DNA of 64,000 nucleotides from Limnochordales bacterium (GCA_014896315.1 JADBKP010000003.1:58134-122133), one strand, 5' to 3'; positions 10,226-21,714 are shown, counted from the stretch's first letter. Notes: generated from the sequence alone by a model not told the origin. Numbers and translations are program-made.

Positions 10226-11293
10226 TCATTCGCAGCCCTGAATCCCCAGGGACCAACCAGGGTAAGCAACGGCCACCAGGTACAGACCGTGGGCCGGCGC
10301 GGTCGGCCCTGCTTCACTCCGGTCCTTCCCCTCAAGCAGCTGCATAAGGGAGTCGATGCTCCTCTCCCCCCGCCCGATCTCCCATAGTGTGCCCACCATA
10401 GTGCGAATCTGGTGGTAGAGAAAACCGTCTGCCTCGACCCATAGCGACCAGGCGCAGCCGGCCTGCGCCGGCGCATTATGCGCGTCACAGTACGCATCCA
10501 CTGTTCCGTCAGTTTCTTGCCGGTCCTGAGGGAGCAGCGGCACCCTTCCCAGGGGAGTAAGGGCGTAGAGCATCTCCCCGGCCTGGCTGCCCCGCTCTTC
10601 TCCCGTCACTTCCATAAATCCGGGCGGCCAAAGCCTCAGAGGCATCCCCGCCCCGATGACGGACTGGCTCAAGACCCGGCTCGACCCCTTGCTCCACCCC
10701 GGCCACATCCCGCCCACTCCATCCGGCAATAGCCGGCAGCGGTAGATCCGGCGACGGAATCCGCGACCTCCGTCTCCTTGCTCAAGGCTCTGCTCCCGCC
10801 TGGCGATTCGCTCCGCCCCCGCCGCCCCGCAGAAGGCCCGCAGATCGTGCTCACCCTCAAACAGAGAAGCTGCCCGGATCATCGCCTGAACGTCGAGCGG
10901 GGGACGGACAGCCACCGCCTGCCGGGAGGCCATTGCGCTGACCACGGGCGAAAGGTAGAAACGGTAACGGTAGAGCTTCCGTCGGGCATGCCGCCGTGCG
11001 TCGAAGCCGGGGGCTACCCGGAAGGCCTGCCAGGCGCGGACCTCCGGCGGGAGCTTGGAGTTGAGAGCCGCCGGCCAGCGCTCGCTTGGGATACGAGCGC
11101 GGGTAGAGAAACCGATCACCTGCCCGAGCGCATGTACGCCGGCGTCAGTCCGGCCCGCCCCAGTCACCCGCACCCGTTCACCCGTAAGCTCGCCGATAGC
11201 CTTCTCCACAGTCTCCTGAACTGTGGGTAATCTCTCCTGCCTTCTCTGGGCCTGAAAACCGTGGAAGGCATCTCCCGCATACTCGAGAACCAC
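10226..11293 (-). CDS. truA: tRNA pseudouridine(38-40) synthase TruA carrying an internal insertion of about 90 aa
   Basis: YAGDAFHGFQ, GAGRTDAGVHA catalytic Asp motif, GFLYHQIRTMVG. 355 aa versus about 250-270 usual. Confidence 0.85.
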   Translation of the reverse strand: MVLEYAGDAFHGFQAQRRQERLPTVQETVEKAIGELTGERVRVTGAGRTDAGVHALGQVIGFSTRARIPSERWPAALNSKLPPEVRAWQAFRVAPGFDARRHARRKLYRYRFYLSPVVSAMASRQAVAVRPPLDVQAMIRAASLFEGEHDLRAFCGAAGAERIARREQSLEQGDGGRGFRRRIYRCRLLPDGVGGMWPGWSKGSSRVLSQSVIGAGMPLRLWPPGFMEVTGEERGSQAGEMLYALTPLGRVPLLPQDRQETDGTVDAYCDAHNAPAQAGCAWSLWVEADGFLYHQIRTMVGTLWEIGRGERSIDSLMQLLEGKDRSEAGPTAPAHGLYLVAVAYPGWSLGIQGCE

Positions 11294-11340
11294 CGCCAGG
11301 GTGACGGTGGAGGAACCTTGCCCGGCCTCCTGCCGCCCGG

Positions 11341-12138
11341 TTAGAATACTGCCGCAGTTCCCACCAGCCAGAGCAAGCTCACCGCCATCCAGAGCAAATC
11401 AATCGGTTGGAAATGCAACTCCCGCAGGTGCGTGCGGCCCGCACCACCCCGGTAGGCCCGGGCCTCCATTGCCACTGCCAGCTCGTCGGCCCGCCGGAAC
11501 GCGCTGACAAACAACGGCACCAGAACGGGCAGGAGGCTGCGAATTCGCTGCTGGATACTCCCGCTTTCAAAATCAGCACCCCGGGCTTTCTGAGCCTTCA
11601 TTATCCGCTCGGCCTCTTCGAGGAGAGTCGGAATAAAGCGCAGTGCAATCGCCATCATCATCGCCAGCTCGTGCGCGGGAAGGCCTATACGTTGCAGAGG
11701 ACGTAGCAGCGTCTCGATGCCGTCCGACAAAGCCAGTGGCGACGTGGTCAGGGTAAGAATGCTCGCGCCAGCGATCAAGAGCAACAGGCGGGCCGTGACA
11801 AGGCCGGCCGTGACAAGACCTGCATCAGTGATGGCCAACGGCCCCAACCTGACCACCGGTTGCCCCGGAGTGGCCAGAAGGTTGAAGAAGGCTGTAAAGA
11901 GGATCAAATACATCAGAGGGCGGATTCCCCGCCAGACCGCTCGCACCGGTATCCTCGCCAGAACCAGGACTGCCACCAGGAAAACTCCAAAGGAGACGTA
12001 GCCGGCAAACGAGCCTACGCCAAAGAGAGTTACCATCCAAAGTAGCGTCCAGATGATCTTGGTGCGGGGATCGAGCCGGTGCACTGCCGATTCCCCTGGC
12101 AGGTACTGGCCGACAGGGAGCCGGGCACCGAGAGCCAT
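11341..12138 (-). CDS. ecfT: ECF transporter transmembrane (T) component
   Basis: Polytopic membrane protein with HRLDPRTK start region and ARG..F/E motif. ATG 12138 follows GAGAGGTG. Position after the two ecfA genes. Confidence 0.88.
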   Translation of the reverse strand: MALGARLPVGQYLPGESAVHRLDPRTKIIWTLLWMVTLFGVGSFAGYVSFGVFLVAVLVLARIPVRAVWRGIRPLMYLILFTAFFNLLATPGQPVVRLGPLAITDAGLVTAGLVTARLLLLIAGASILTLTTSPLALSDGIETLLRPLQRIGLPAHELAMMMAIALRFIPTLLEEAERIMKAQKARGADFESGSIQQRIRSLLPVLVPLFVSAFRRADELAVAMEARAYRGGAGRTHLRELHFQPIDLLWMAVSLLWLVGTAAVF

Positions 12139-12143
12139 GCCAT

Positions 12144-13097
12144 TCACCTCTCTCCCGCCCCCGCTACCCTGCGCGCCCGGATGATCTCGGCCGCAGCCTC
12201 CTCCGCCGTAAGGCAATCGGTCCGGACCGGCCAGCCGGCGGCCCGGAGCCGCCCAAGGAGATTGACGGGCTCGGGGGGAATCAACCCCCAGCTGCTGATC
12301 TCCTCGGCGCTCCTACCCGCAAAGAGCTCCCGCGGTGTCCCATCAAAGATCAATCTCCCCCGATTGAGCACCAGAACCCGCGTGGCGAGCCGGCTTACCA
12401 GCTCCATATCATGGCTCACGACGACCAGCGTATGCCGGCCTTCGTGCCAGAAGCGGATCAGAAGCTCGACCAGGCTTTCCCGGCCCGCTGGGTCAAGACC
12501 GACCGTCGGTTCATCCAGCACCAGCACCTCCGGCTGCATGGCCAGCACCCCCGCGAGCGCCACCCGGCGTCGCTCACCGCCGCTCAACTCCAGCGGTGAA
12601 CGGCCGGCAAACTCCGCCGGAGTCAGCCCCACAGCTTCCAGAGCCGCTTCCACCCGGCGCTCCACTTCGGCGGCATCCAGACCAAGGTTGCGCGGGCCAA
12701 AGGCGATGTCTTCCGCCACAGTCTCAGCAAAGAGCTGATCTTCCGGAAACTGGAAGACCAGCCCCACCCTGGCCCGCAATCGCCGCAGCTCTGCGGGGGA
12801 CGGTCCCCGCCGGGGGCTATCCGCCTTGCTCCTCTCCCCGGGAGCAACCAGATAGTGATCGAACACCCGCAGCCAGCCGCCGGTAGGAAAGAGGAGACCG
12901 TTTAAATGTTGAACTAAAGTCGATTTCCCGGACCCGGTCGCCCCCACCACCGCCACTCGCTCCCCGCGGTGGATGGCAAAGCTTACCCGGTGCAGCGCCT
13001 CCACACAACTGCCTACCCCGGCATAGACATGCGACAGCTCCCGGGCCTCGATGATCGGCTCTTCTTGCTTCACTTGTTCTGCATGCATCCCGTCCAT
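12144..13097 (-). CDS. ecfA2: ECF transporter ATPase component A2
   Basis: Walker A GATGSGKST, LSGGERRRVALAG signature, Walker B VLVLDEP. Start uncertain (13097 or 13088; track ORF extends to 13226). Confidence 0.88.
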   Translation of the reverse strand: MDGMHAEQVKQEEPIIEARELSHVYAGVGSCVEALHRVSFAIHRGERVAVVGATGSGKSTLVQHLNGLLFPTGGWLRVFDHYLVAPGERSKADSPRRGPSPAELRRLRARVGLVFQFPEDQLFAETVAEDIAFGPRNLGLDAAEVERRVEAALEAVGLTPAEFAGRSPLELSGGERRRVALAGVLAMQPEVLVLDEPTVGLDPAGRESLVELLIRFWHEGRHTLVVVSHDMELVSRLATRVLVLNRGRLIFDGTPRELFAGRSAEEISSWGLIPPEPVNLLGRLRAAGWPVRTDCLTAEEAAAEIIRARRVAGAGER

Positions 13098-13966
13098 CCT
13101 TGCATCAGCGCTCGCACCAGTTCTTCCCCGGTGAGAACGGTGGGCGGGATGGCAAACCCCGCCTCTCGCAGCCGCGCGGCGATGGTCACCACTGCCGGTA
13201 CGTCGAGCCGGAGTCGCCGCAGCCACTCCGCCTCGGCAAAGATGCGGGCCGGCGGAGCGTCCATGACCAACCGACCATCGGCCAGCAGCCAGACCCGTTC
13301 AGCAAGGACAGCCTCCTCCATGGAGTGCGTGATCCAGACCACAGTTATGCCCAGCTGGCGGTGCAGACGGATAACAGTTGAGATCACTTCCTGCCGGCCT
13401 ACCGGGTCGAGCAGCGCGGTCGGTTCATCCAGGACTAAGACCTCCGGCTGCATGGCTAGCACGCCGGCTATGGCCACCCGCTGCTTCTGCCCTCCGGACA
13501 AGGTGTGGGTCTCTGCCTTGGCATAGGCAGACATCCCTACCGCCTCCAGAGCCTCCCACACGCGCCGGCCGAGCTCCGGCTGGGGAATGCCTAGGTTCTC
13601 GGGGCCGAAGGCGACATCCTCTTCTACCGTGGGGGCAACCAGCTGATTGTCGGGATTCTGAAAGACCATGCCGACCCGCCGGCGTATCTCCCAGATAGCC
13701 CCGGGATCCCGGGTATCCAGGCCTGCCACCTTCACCGAGCCGCGCGTCGGCAAAAGCAGCCCGTTGAGCAGCCGCGCCAGCGTCGACTTGCCGGAACCGT
13801 TCGGACCGATCAGGCTAAGAAACTGCCCCGCGGGGATATCAGCGTTGATTCCCCGCAGGGCAAACGCCAATCCTTCTCCGCCCTGCTCGGCCGGCGCCGG
13901 CGACCGGTAGGAAAAATCCACATTGCTCAGAACTATGAGACTGCCCAACTCCGGCCCTACATCCAC
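13070..13966 (-). CDS. ecfA1: ECF transporter ATPase component A1
   Basis: Walker [31 protein letters not shown]; directly downstream of rplQ as in Firmicutes. Confidence 0.9.
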   Translation of the reverse strand: MDVGPELGSLIVLSNVDFSYRSPAPAEQGGEGLAFALRGINADIPAGQFLSLIGPNGSGKSTLARLLNGLLLPTRGSVKVAGLDTRDPGAIWEIRRRVGMVFQNPDNQLVAPTVEEDVAFGPENLGIPQPELGRRVWEALEAVGMSAYAKAETHTLSGGQKQRVAIAGVLAMQPEVLVLDEPTALLDPVGRQEVISTVIRLHRQLGITVVWITHSMEEAVLAERVWLLADGRLVMDAPPARIFAEAEWLRRLRLDVPAVVTIAARLREAGFAIPPTVLTGEELVRALMQGWTGCMQNK

Positions 13967-14295
13967 TCGATCAGCGCCACCGGAGCTCCGTCGCCGCTGC
14001 GCACACCCAGCCGGACAACCCGGGTGTACCCGCCCCGCCGATCCTGATACCGCGGCGCCAGTTCATTAAAGAGCTTCTGAACTGCCTTTGGATCCAGCAA
14101 CCAGGCAGCTGCCTGCCGCCGTGCGGCCAGGTCTCCCTGCTTGCCGAGGGTGATCATCCGGTCGGCCAGCGGTTTGATCGCTTTCGCCTTCGCCTCGGTA
14201 GTACGAATCCGCCCGTTGAGGATGAGCGAGGTGACCAGATTGCGCAAAAGCATTTTTCGCTCTCCGCTTGGGCGTCCCAGCTTTCTTTCTCTCAC
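13957..14295 (-). CDS. rplQ: 50S ribosomal protein L17
   Basis: [21 protein letters not shown]; follows rpoA. Confidence 0.95.
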   Translation of the reverse strand: MRERKLGRPSGERKMLLRNLVTSLILNGRIRTTEAKAKAIKPLADRMITLGKQGDLAARRQAAAWLLDPKAVQKLFNELAPRYQDRRGGYTRVVRLGVRSGDGAPVALIEWM

Positions 14296-14324
14296 GCGTT
14301 ACACCATCCTTCGCTCAGGTCGCC

Positions 14325-15269
14325 TCATTCGTCCGAAGGCCGCAAGGAAAGGCCCAGCTTGGCCAGTTTCTCCTTCACTTCCTGCAGCGACTTCTTGCCC
14401 ATGTTGCGGACTTTCATCATATCCTCTTCGGTCTTGCGTACCAGCTCACCGATGGTGTCGATTCCCGCCCGCTTGAGGCAGTTGTACGAACGAACGGAAA
14501 GATCGAGCTCTTCGATGGGCTGGGCCAGGAGCCGTGCCTGCTCGTCCTGGCGAGGTTCGGCGGCAACCTCCGCCTCTCCCGTCTGCCCACCCAGGGTCTG
14601 GAAGAGCTCGAGATGCTCGATAAGTATCCGCGCCGCCGAGGCCACCGCGTCGTCCGGAGAGATTGTGCGGTTGGTCCACACCTCAAGCTCCAGCCGGTCG
14701 TAGTCTGTAACCTGGCCGACACGGGTATCGCTCACCCGGTAGTTGACACGGCGCACCGGCGTATAGATCGAGTCAATGGGAATCAACCCGATCACCTTTT
14801 GCGCGGGCTTGTTCTTCTCTGCCGGCACGTATCCGCGGCCCGTCGAGAGCTGAATCTCCATGCCAAGACGGCCGCCGGGAGCAAGCGTGGCAATATGCAG
14901 GTCGGGGTTGAGTATTTCCGCCTCCGGCGGACAGACTATGTCTGCCGCGGTAACCTCGCGCTCCCCATCCTCCGCCTGAACGTCCAGCCGCGCCAGCACC
15001 GGCTTGTCGCTGTACACCCTTACCAGGAGGTCCTTCAGGTTGAGGATGATCTCCGTGGTATCCTCGACCACGCCCGGTATGGTCGAAAACTCGTGCAGCA
15101 CCCCATCGATCTTCACCCAAGTAGGTGCCGCACCAGGAAGCGAGGAGAGCAGAACCCGCCGCAACGCGTTCCCCAGCGTCGTACCGTAGCCGCGCTCCAG
15201 CGGCTCAATCACGAACTTGCCGTAGTCTGGCGTGAGCTCCACTTGCTCAACCCGAGGTCTTTCTATCAC
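14325..15269 (-). CDS. rpoA: DNA-directed RNA polymerase subunit alpha
   Basis: [20 protein letters not shown]; C-terminal domain [16 protein letters not shown]. Confidence 0.97.
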   Translation of the reverse strand: MIERPRVEQVELTPDYGKFVIEPLERGYGTTLGNALRRVLLSSLPGAAPTWVKIDGVLHEFSTIPGVVEDTTEIILNLKDLLVRVYSDKPVLARLDVQAEDGEREVTAADIVCPPEAEILNPDLHIATLAPGGRLGMEIQLSTGRGYVPAEKNKPAQKVIGLIPIDSIYTPVRRVNYRVSDTRVGQVTDYDRLELEVWTNRTISPDDAVASAARILIEHLELFQTLGGQTGEAEVAAEPRQDEQARLLAQPIEELDLSVRSYNCLKRAGIDTIGELVRKTEEDMMKVRNMGKKSLQEVKEKLAKLGLSLRPSDE

Positions 15270-15343
15270 GATGCCGACCCCTCCCTGTTACACCGCTTAC
15301 ACCGCGCACCTGGCGTCATGCGGCGCCAGCCTGCCGGCAAGCA

Positions 15344-15973
15344 CTAGCGGGAGTAGAACTCCACGATGAGGTTCTCCTGAACCGGTACGTCCGAGATCTG
15401 CTCGCGGGTCGGCTTAGCCAGCACCCGTCCCTCGTAACCGTCGGAGCTGAGCTCGAGCCATTCGGGCACTCCGCGACCCCTGGCCGCCTCCACATTCTGC
15501 TTGATCACCGCCAGCTCCCGGCTGCCCTCACGAACGCTGACCACATCGCCGGGGCGGACTTCGTATGAGGGAATGCTCACCTTTTTCCCGTTCACGGCGA
15601 TATGACCATGGCGCACCAGCTGACGCGCCTGCGGGCGGGAACTGGCTATGCCGAGCCGGTAGACAACATTGTCGAGCCGCATCTCGAGAGCCTGGAGCAA
15701 CGCCACACCCGTAATGCCGCGTTGGCGCGCAGCCTTCTCATAGTAGCGGCGGAACTGCCGTTCCAGCACTCCGTAGATACGGCGGAGCTTCTGCTTCTCA
15801 CGGAGGTGGATACCGTACTCGGTCTCGCGCTTCCTACCTTGACCATGCTGCCCGGGCGGATAGTTCCGGCGCTCGATCGCACACTTAGGTGTATAGCAAC
15901 GTTCACCTTTGAGATAGAGCTTCAGTCCCTCCCGCCGGCAGAGGGCGCAGACGCTACCTATGTATCTGGCCAT
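15344..15973 (-). CDS. rpsD: 30S ribosomal protein S4
   Basis: [16 protein letters not shown]..., S4 RNA-binding domain. Confidence 0.96.
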   Translation of the reverse strand: MARYIGSVCALCRREGLKLYLKGERCYTPKCAIERRNYPPGQHGQGRKRETEYGIHLREKQKLRRIYGVLERQFRRYYEKAARQRGITGVALLQALEMRLDNVVYRLGIASSRPQARQLVRHGHIAVNGKKVSIPSYEVRPGDVVSVREGSRELAVIKQNVEAARGRGVPEWLELSSDGYEGRVLAKPTREQISDVPVQENLIVEFYSR

Positions 15974-15993
15974 TCATACACCTCCAGAGTCTT

Positions 15994-16392
15994 TCATACC
16001 CGACGCCGCTTGGGTGGCCGGCACCCGTTGTGCGGAATCGGAGTAACATCTTTAATAACGGTTACCTCCAGCCCGGCTGCCTGCAACGACCGGATTGCCG
16101 TCTCCCTGCCAGCCCCGGGCCCTTTCACCAGAACCTCTACTTCACGCATACCGTGCTCCATGGCCGCCCGTGCCGCTTTCTCGGCGGCAAGGCCGGCCGC
16201 ATACGGCGTACCCTTACGCGATCCTTTAAAACCGACGTGACCCGCGCTGGCCCAGGCGATAACATTCCCCTGCTTATCAGTGATGGTCACGATTGTGTTG
16301 TTGAAAGTCGACTTGATGTGGGCGATGCCGCTTGGTACATTCTTTCTCTCCCGTCGACGGGGACGGGCGACGGCCGCTCGCGTTTTGGGCAT
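15994..16392 (-). CDS. rpsK: 30S ribosomal protein S11
   Basis: [26 protein letters not shown]. Confidence 0.96.
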   Translation of the reverse strand: MPKTRAAVARPRRRERKNVPSGIAHIKSTFNNTIVTITDKQGNVIAWASAGHVGFKGSRKGTPYAAGLAAEKAARAAMEHGMREVEVLVKGPGAGRETAIRSLQAAGLEVTVIKDVTPIPHNGCRPPKRRRV

Positions 16393-16425
16393 GAACCTAC
16401 TCCTCCCTCAACAGACACGTCAGAT

Positions 16426-16809
16426 CTACTTCGTTGCCGTCTTGCTGCGCCGCACACCTACGGTCTTCCGCGGCCCCTTGCGGGTGCGAGCATTGGTCCG
16501 GGTCCGCTGCCCCCGTACCGGGAGGCCGCGCCGATGCCGCAGTCCCCGGTAGCAGCCGATGTCTATCAGCCGCTTGATATTGGCTGCGATTTCGCGGCGC
16601 AGATCACCTTCCACTTTGTACTCGCGGTCAATAACGTCCCGCAACCGGCTGATCTCGTCCTCAGTCAGATCCTTCACCCGCGTATCGGGGTTGATCTGCG
16701 TCTTCGCCAAGATCTCGCGGGAGGTGCTCAGACCGATACCGAAAATATACGTAAGTGCTATCTCGATTCTTTTCTCGCGCGGCAGGTCCACGCCTGCTAT
16801 ACGTGCCAT
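16426..16809 (-). CDS. rpsM: 30S ribosomal protein S13
   Basis: [26 protein letters not shown]. Confidence 0.96.
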   Translation of the reverse strand: MARIAGVDLPREKRIEIALTYIFGIGLSTSREILAKTQINPDTRVKDLTEDEISRLRDVIDREYKVEGDLRREIAANIKRLIDIGCYRGLRHRRGLPVRGQRTRTNARTRKGPRKTVGVRRSKTATK

Positions 16810-16842
16810 ACTCTGCCTCCTTAAGCCACTGGCCCTACGGCC

Positions 16843-16956
16843 TCAACCCTGGCGCTGCTTGTGCTTGGGATTCTCACAGATCACCCTCACCCGGCCCTTA
16901 CGCCGGATGATCTTGCACTTCTCGCAGATACGCTTCACCGATGCTCGGACCTTCAT
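16843..16956 (-). CDS. rpmJ: 50S ribosomal protein L36
   Basis: Not in the ORF track. My translation of the minus strand gives [37 protein letters not shown]; located between infA and rpsM. Confidence 0.93.
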   Translation of the reverse strand: MKVRASVKRICEKCKIIRRKGRVRVICENPKHKQRQG

Positions 16957-17033
16957 CTCTCAACCCAACCCCCTCGGTTACGCCCATGCCTCGCCGACCG
17001 CTCACCCTCCGCCCTCCCGGTTCCCGCTCAATC

Positions 17034-17252
17034 TTACTTGAACCGGTATATAATCCGCCCCCGGCTGAGGTCGTAGGGCGACAACTCTACCGTTACCCTG
17101 TCACCAGGCAGGATTCGGATAAAATTCATCCGCATCTTGCCAGATATGTGCGCCAGCACCTTATGACCATTATCCAACTCTACACGAAACATAGCATTGG
17201 GTAAGGGTTCCAGGACGACTCCCTGCACTTCAATGGTTTCTTTATTCGCCAT
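17034..17252 (-). CDS. infA: translation initiation factor IF-1
   Basis: [41 protein letters not shown]. Confidence 0.97.
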   Translation of the reverse strand: MANKETIEVQGVVLEPLPNAMFRVELDNGHKVLAHISGKMRMNFIRILPGDRVTVELSPYDLSRGRIIYRFK

Positions 17253-17585
17253 TCAGCATCCCCCCTTTCTATCACAGTCGTCTCGCTCCTCCGTCGCCCT
17301 GTCCTCCCTCGCCGTAACCTCCGGCAAGCCCTTGCCCTTCGCCCACAGGGCAAGCGCCTCCCGTACATGTAGATCATCGGCCACCCAGAACGGATCACGA
17401 AAACAGGTGCGATGAATCCACAGATGCCGGGGGTTCTTCACCTTTGGCCGCTCCAACGGGCGTATCCGGCCATCTGCCACCAGCACCCGGCCATCCGGTC
17501 GTACGCCGACTACCAGGTAGGTCCGGCCGGCATCCCTGCCCGCACGCGAGGTAACCACCTGGCCGACGGCGATCCGAGCTGCCAT
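17253..17585 (-). CDS. KOW-domain RNA-binding protein (map-infA intergenic family)
   Basis: KOW-like GQVVTSRAGRDAGRTYLVVG; conserved position between map and infA in Firmicutes. Start trimmed to ATG 17585, downstream of the map stop. Confidence 0.7.
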   Translation of the reverse strand: MAARIAVGQVVTSRAGRDAGRTYLVVGVRPDGRVLVADGRIRPLERPKVKNPRHLWIHRTCFRDPFWVADDLHVREALALWAKGKGLPEVTAREDRATEERDDCDRKGGC

Positions 17586-17607
17586 CACCGCCACGGCACC
17601 TCCTGCC

Positions 17608-18363
17608 TCACTCCCCGTACGGGCGGGTGAGGATTTCCACACCATCTTCCCGGATGGCCACCGTATCTTCAAAGTGAGCGGCAAGGCTCCCGTCTGCCGT
17701 CACCGCTGTCCACCCGTCACCCAAAACCCGGACGCTGGGATTTCCCTGGGTGACCATCGGTTCAATAGCAAGAACCATACCCGGCTCAAGCCGGGGTCCC
17801 CGCCCCGGTCGTCCGTAGTTGGGTACTGAAGGGTCCTCATGCATCTGCCGACCGATACCGTGGCCGGTAAAATCCCTGACCACTGAGAACCCGTGCGCTT
17901 CCACGTAGGATTGTACCGCCCACGAGATATCGGAGACGCGCCTACCCGGTTGGGCGGCAGCAATCGCGCGCTCCAGCGCTTCCCACGTCACTTCCAGCAA
18001 ACGCCGCGCTTGCTCGCTGACAGCACCCACGGGATATGTACGGGCCATGTCTCCGTAATACCCGTCGACCACCGCCCCGATATCGATGCTGATAATATCG
18101 CCCTCTTCCAGCCGGCGGTCACCGGGTATACCGTGAATCACCACCTCGTTCACGGAAGCACAGATGGAGGCAGGGTATCCCCTGTAGCCCTTGAAGGCCG
18201 GTATGCCACCCGCCGCCCGGATCGCCTCTTCCGCAACCCGGTCCAGCTCCCGTGTGGTGATACCGGGCCGGATCGTTTCCGCGACGCGGGCAAGCGCCCT
18301 TGCCGTCACCTCTCCCGCGCGGCGCATCCGCTCAAGCTCGGCTGCGGTTTTGAGTATGATCAT
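17608..18363 (-). CDS. map: type I methionine aminopeptidase
   Basis: MIILKTAAELERMRRAG..., metal-ligand regions DIGAVVDGYYGD, HGIG and EPM. Track ORF extended to 18438. Confidence 0.94.
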   Translation of the reverse strand: MIILKTAAELERMRRAGEVTARALARVAETIRPGITTRELDRVAEEAIRAAGGIPAFKGYRGYPASICASVNEVVIHGIPGDRRLEEGDIISIDIGAVVDGYYGDMARTYPVGAVSEQARRLLEVTWEALERAIAAAQPGRRVSDISWAVQSYVEAHGFSVVRDFTGHGIGRQMHEDPSVPNYGRPGRGPRLEPGMVLAIEPMVTQGNPSVRVLGDGWTAVTADGSLAAHFEDTVAIREDGVEILTRPYGE

Positions 18364-18370
18364 CTTCTTC

Positions 18371-19063
18371 TCATCCCCGGGCCCCGGCCCGGTCCTGCCT
18401 TGAGGCCGCGGCCATCCGCCGCCTCTCCAACCGCTCAACTATCTGGGCAAACGTCGCCGGGATCTCGAGCTCACCATCCACCTCTTCCAGAAGCATCAGC
18501 CGGGCGTAGTAGCTCGCCACAGGGCGCGTCTGGACGAGGTAGACGGCGATCCTCTCCCTCGCCGTGGCGATATTGTCGTCCGCCCTCCGGCCAAGCTCGC
18601 CTCCACACCGGGGACAAGCATACGGGCCGCCGGCAGGCAGGTCCCGCTGTTGGACGCTAAGTCCGCACTGCTGGCAGACCAGGCGCCCCACAATCCTTTC
18701 GACCGCCACTTCCGGAGAGACGCGAATATCGACGGCCGCATCCAACCGCTGGCCTAGCCCCTCTAGGAGCCGGGTCAGCATGCGGGCTTGCGGCAGGGTC
18801 CGGGGAAAGCCGTCGAGCAAGAACCCGTCCCGGCAGTCGCTGGCCTGCAGACGGGTACGAACTATCTCCGCCATCACCTCATCCGGCACGAGCTGCCCCC
18901 GGTTCATATACCGGCTTGCCCGTTCCCCCACGGGCAAGCCGTCCCGGATGGCCTCTCGCAGAATGGCACCTGTCGAGATAGCAGGTATTCCATACTTCTC
19001 CGCCAGCAGCGAAGCCTGCGTCCCCTTCCCTGCTCCCGGTATGCCGAGCAGGACCAGCCGCAC
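18371..19063 (-). CDS. adk: adenylate kinase (Cys4 zinc lid)
   Basis: GIPGAGKGTQ P-loop; lid CQQCG...CPRCGG. Confidence 0.96.
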   Translation of the reverse strand: MRLVLLGIPGAGKGTQASLLAEKYGIPAISTGAILREAIRDGLPVGERASRYMNRGQLVPDEVMAEIVRTRLQASDCRDGFLLDGFPRTLPQARMLTRLLEGLGQRLDAAVDIRVSPEVAVERIVGRLVCQQCGLSVQQRDLPAGGPYACPRCGGELGRRADDNIATARERIAVYLVQTRPVASYYARLMLLEEVDGELEIPATFAQIVERLERRRMAAASRQDRAGARG

Positions 19064-19075
19064 CGATTATCCCCC

Positions 19076-20341
19076 TTATCTAAGGAATCCCTCGTAATGC
19101 CGCATTAGCAACTGCGCTTCGATCTGCTTCATGGTATCCAGCGCCACGCCCACTACAATCAGCAGGGACGTACCGCCAAAGTAAACCAGGTTGGTCGGAA
19201 TGCCAGTCACCCTGGCCATCAACGTTGGCAGTAGTGCGATGAAAGCCAGGAAGATCGCACCGACCAGCGTGATCCGGGTAAGGATCCGGTCCAGAAACTC
19301 GGCCGTCGGCCTACCCGGACGCAACCCGGGAATAAACCCTCCCCACTTCTTGAGATTGTCGGCCACATCGTTGGGGTTGAATGTCACCGCCGTGTAAAAG
19401 TATGTAAAGAATATCACCAGCAGCGCGTAAACAATATTATAGCCCCAAGTCCCGTATCCCATCCAGCGGTTTATGCCGTCAAGAGCCGGGAACCAAGTGC
19501 CAATTGTGGCCGGAAAAGTCAGGATCGAGGAGGCAAAGATGACCGGCATAACTCCGGCCGAGTTGACCCGCAGCGGGATGTGTGTGCTCTGACCGCCGTA
19601 CATGCGTCGCCCAACCACCCGCCGCGCATACTGAACGGGAATTCTCCGCACGCCCTCCTGCATGAGGACCACTGCCACCACGACCGCCAGCGACAGGATC
19701 ACAAAAAGGATCACGCTGAAATAGGAGACACCGCCCGGCCCGAGTGCCCGCATAACGTTGATGGCATAGGCAGGGAATCGGGCGACGATACCGGCGAAGA
19801 TCAGTATCGAAATACCGTTGCCGACACCGTTCTCCGTCATCAGTTCACCCATCCACATCAGCAGCATCGAACCGGCCGTCAGGCTGACTATGATGACCGA
19901 GATCGAAAGGAAGCTCCGCTCTGCTATTCCGTTGCTGACAGCCAGTATTACCGTTCCGACTGCCTGGATGACTGCCAGCACCACCGTGCCCCAGCGGGTG
20001 TACTGGGCCAGGACCTTACGCCCCTCAACCCCCTCTTTCGCCAGCTCCTCCAGCGACGGTATTACCACCGTCAGCAGCTGGAGGATGATCGAGGCGGTGA
20101 TATACGGGTTGACGCCCAACGCAAATATAGAGAAGTTCGACAGAGCGCCGCCCGCAAACAAGTCAAGCAAGCCAAAAACGTTGCCTGTCTCGCCCCGGAG
20201 CAGGTCTGCGAAAGCACGTGCATCAACCCCAGGAACGGGGATGTACGACCCCAGGCGGAACAGCACCAGCATTCCCAACGTATAGAGGATGCGCACCCTC
20301 AGGTCGGAGATACGGACCGCGCTGCGCAGAGTGTCAAGCAC
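19076..20341 (-). CDS. secY: preprotein translocase subunit SecY
   Basis: 10-TM protein, [12 protein letters not shown], position between rplO and adk. Confidence 0.96.
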   Translation of the reverse strand: MLDTLRSAVRISDLRVRILYTLGMLVLFRLGSYIPVPGVDARAFADLLRGETGNVFGLLDLFAGGALSNFSIFALGVNPYITASIILQLLTVVIPSLEELAKEGVEGRKVLAQYTRWGTVVLAVIQAVGTVILAVSNGIAERSFLSISVIIVSLTAGSMLLMWMGELMTENGVGNGISILIFAGIVARFPAYAINVMRALGPGGVSYFSVILFVILSLAVVVAVVLMQEGVRRIPVQYARRVVGRRMYGGQSTHIPLRVNSAGVMPVIFASSILTFPATIGTWFPALDGINRWMGYGTWGYNIVYALLVIFFTYFYTAVTFNPNDVADNLKKWGGFIPGLRPGRPTAEFLDRILTRITLVGAIFLAFIALLPTLMARVTGIPTNLVYFGGTSLLIVVGVALDTMKQIEAQLLMRHYEGFLR

Positions 20342-20780
20342 TCTGAATCACCTCAGCTTTCCCGCCTGCGGCCTCGATGCCGGTCTGAGCACTCTTGCTG
20401 AACCCATGGGCCCGTACCGTGAGGGCCACCTTAAGCTCGCCGCCACCGAGTATCTTGACCAATGTGCCCTCCTTCACCAGCCCGGCCTCTTTTAGCTCGG
20501 CCGGCGTGACCACACTGCCGGCGGGAAAGCCGTTCAACACGTGCAGCGGTACTATCTCATATACCTTCTTGTTCGGCGACACAAAGCCTCGTTTCGGTAG
20601 CCGCCGGTGCAACGGCGTCTGGCCGCCTTCGAACGCGGGCCCCTTCGCACCGCCGCTGCGCGATTTCTGCCCTTTCTGACCTCGGCCAGCCCGCTTGCCC
20701 CATCCTGAGCCAACGCCCCTGCCAACGCGATGCCGGCGCGGGCGTGAACCAGGAGCCGGATGAAGCTCATGCACCTGCAT
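20334..20780 (-). CDS. rplO: 50S ribosomal protein L15
   Basis: [27 protein letters not shown]. Confidence 0.95.
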   Translation of the reverse strand: MQVHELHPAPGSRPRRHRVGRGVGSGWGKRAGRGQKGQKSRSGGAKGPAFEGGQTPLHRRLPKRGFVSPNKKVYEIVPLHVLNGFPAGSVVTPAELKEAGLVKEGTLVKILGGGELKVALTVRAHGFSKSAQTGIEAAGGKAEVIQSA

Positions 20781-20810
20781 ACTCGTTCCCTCCTCCTGAG
20801 TCCTGCCCGA

Positions 20811-21311
20811 TTACCTCAGAATCTCTTGCACGTCCAGGCCACGAATGCGTGCCACCTCTTCCGGCGTTCGCAGCTGTTGCAGGGCGGTATAGGTGGCGCG
20901 CACCACATTGATCGGGTTCGTCGAGCCCAGGCATTTCGACAGGACATCCCTGACACCCGCCAGCTCCAGTACGGCGCGGGCCGACCCACCAGCTATGACT
21001 CCCGTACCCTCGGAGGCGGGCTTGAGCAGTACCACCGACCCCGAGTAGCGGGTGATGATCGGATGGGGGATAGTCGTCCCCTGAAGGGGTACCTCGATCA
21101 GGTTCTTCTTTGCCTCTTCCACACCCTTGCGGATGGCGTCCGCTACCTCATTCGCCTTGCCCAGGCCGACCCCAACATGACCTCGCCGGTCGCCGACCAC
21201 CACCAAAGCGGTAAAGCTCCGGCGTTTTCCACCTTTAACGGTCTTGGAAACGGCGTTGATGCTAACAACCCGTTCCTCCAGATCTAGCTGCTCCCCGTTT
21301 CTCCTCGCCAA
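20811..21311 (-). CDS. rpsE: 30S ribosomal protein S5
   Basis: [32 protein letters not shown]. Confidence 0.95.
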   Translation of the reverse strand: MARRNGEQLDLEERVVSINAVSKTVKGGKRRSFTALVVVGDRRGHVGVGLGKANEVADAIRKGVEEAKKNLIEVPLQGTTIPHPIITRYSGSVVLLKPASEGTGVIAGGSARAVLELAGVRDVLSKCLGSTNPINVVRATYTALQQLRTPEEVARIRGLDVQEILR

Positions 21312-21323
21312 GCGCTCTCCCCC

Positions 21324-21689
21324 CTACAAATTGAGCCCGGCTTCCCGCGCGCCTTCGGCCAGCGCCGCCACGCGTCCGTGGTACAGATACCCGGCCCGGT
21401 CAAAAACCACCTTTTCGATACCTTTCTGCCGGGCTCTTTCACCCACCAGGCGACCGACAGCACGGGCAGCCTCAATATTGGCAGTGGACTCCAGCTTTCC
21501 CCGCAATTCCGGATCAACCGTAGAAGCCGCCACCAGGGTCCTGCCGGCCTCATCATCGATTACCTGTGCATATATGTGGCGTTGACTGCGGAAGACGACC
21601 AGCCTTGGCCGTTCTGCCGTACCGAACACCCGCTGTCGCACCCGCAGGTGACGTCTCCGCCTGGCCAGGATCTTGGACACTTTCGCCAT
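21324..21689 (-). CDS. rplR: 50S ribosomal protein L18
   Basis: [33 protein letters not shown]. Confidence 0.95.
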   Translation of the reverse strand: MAKVSKILARRRRHLRVRQRVFGTAERPRLVVFRSQRHIYAQVIDDEAGRTLVAASTVDPELRGKLESTANIEAARAVGRLVGERARQKGIEKVVFDRAGYLYHGRVAALAEGAREAGLNL

Positions 21690-21714
21690 CCTCGTACCCC
21701 TCCTGCGCCCCTGA

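Noticed and set aside
14268-15347. 359-aa plus-strand ORF opposite rpoA
   Set aside because: Shadow ORF of rpoA, with no motifs.
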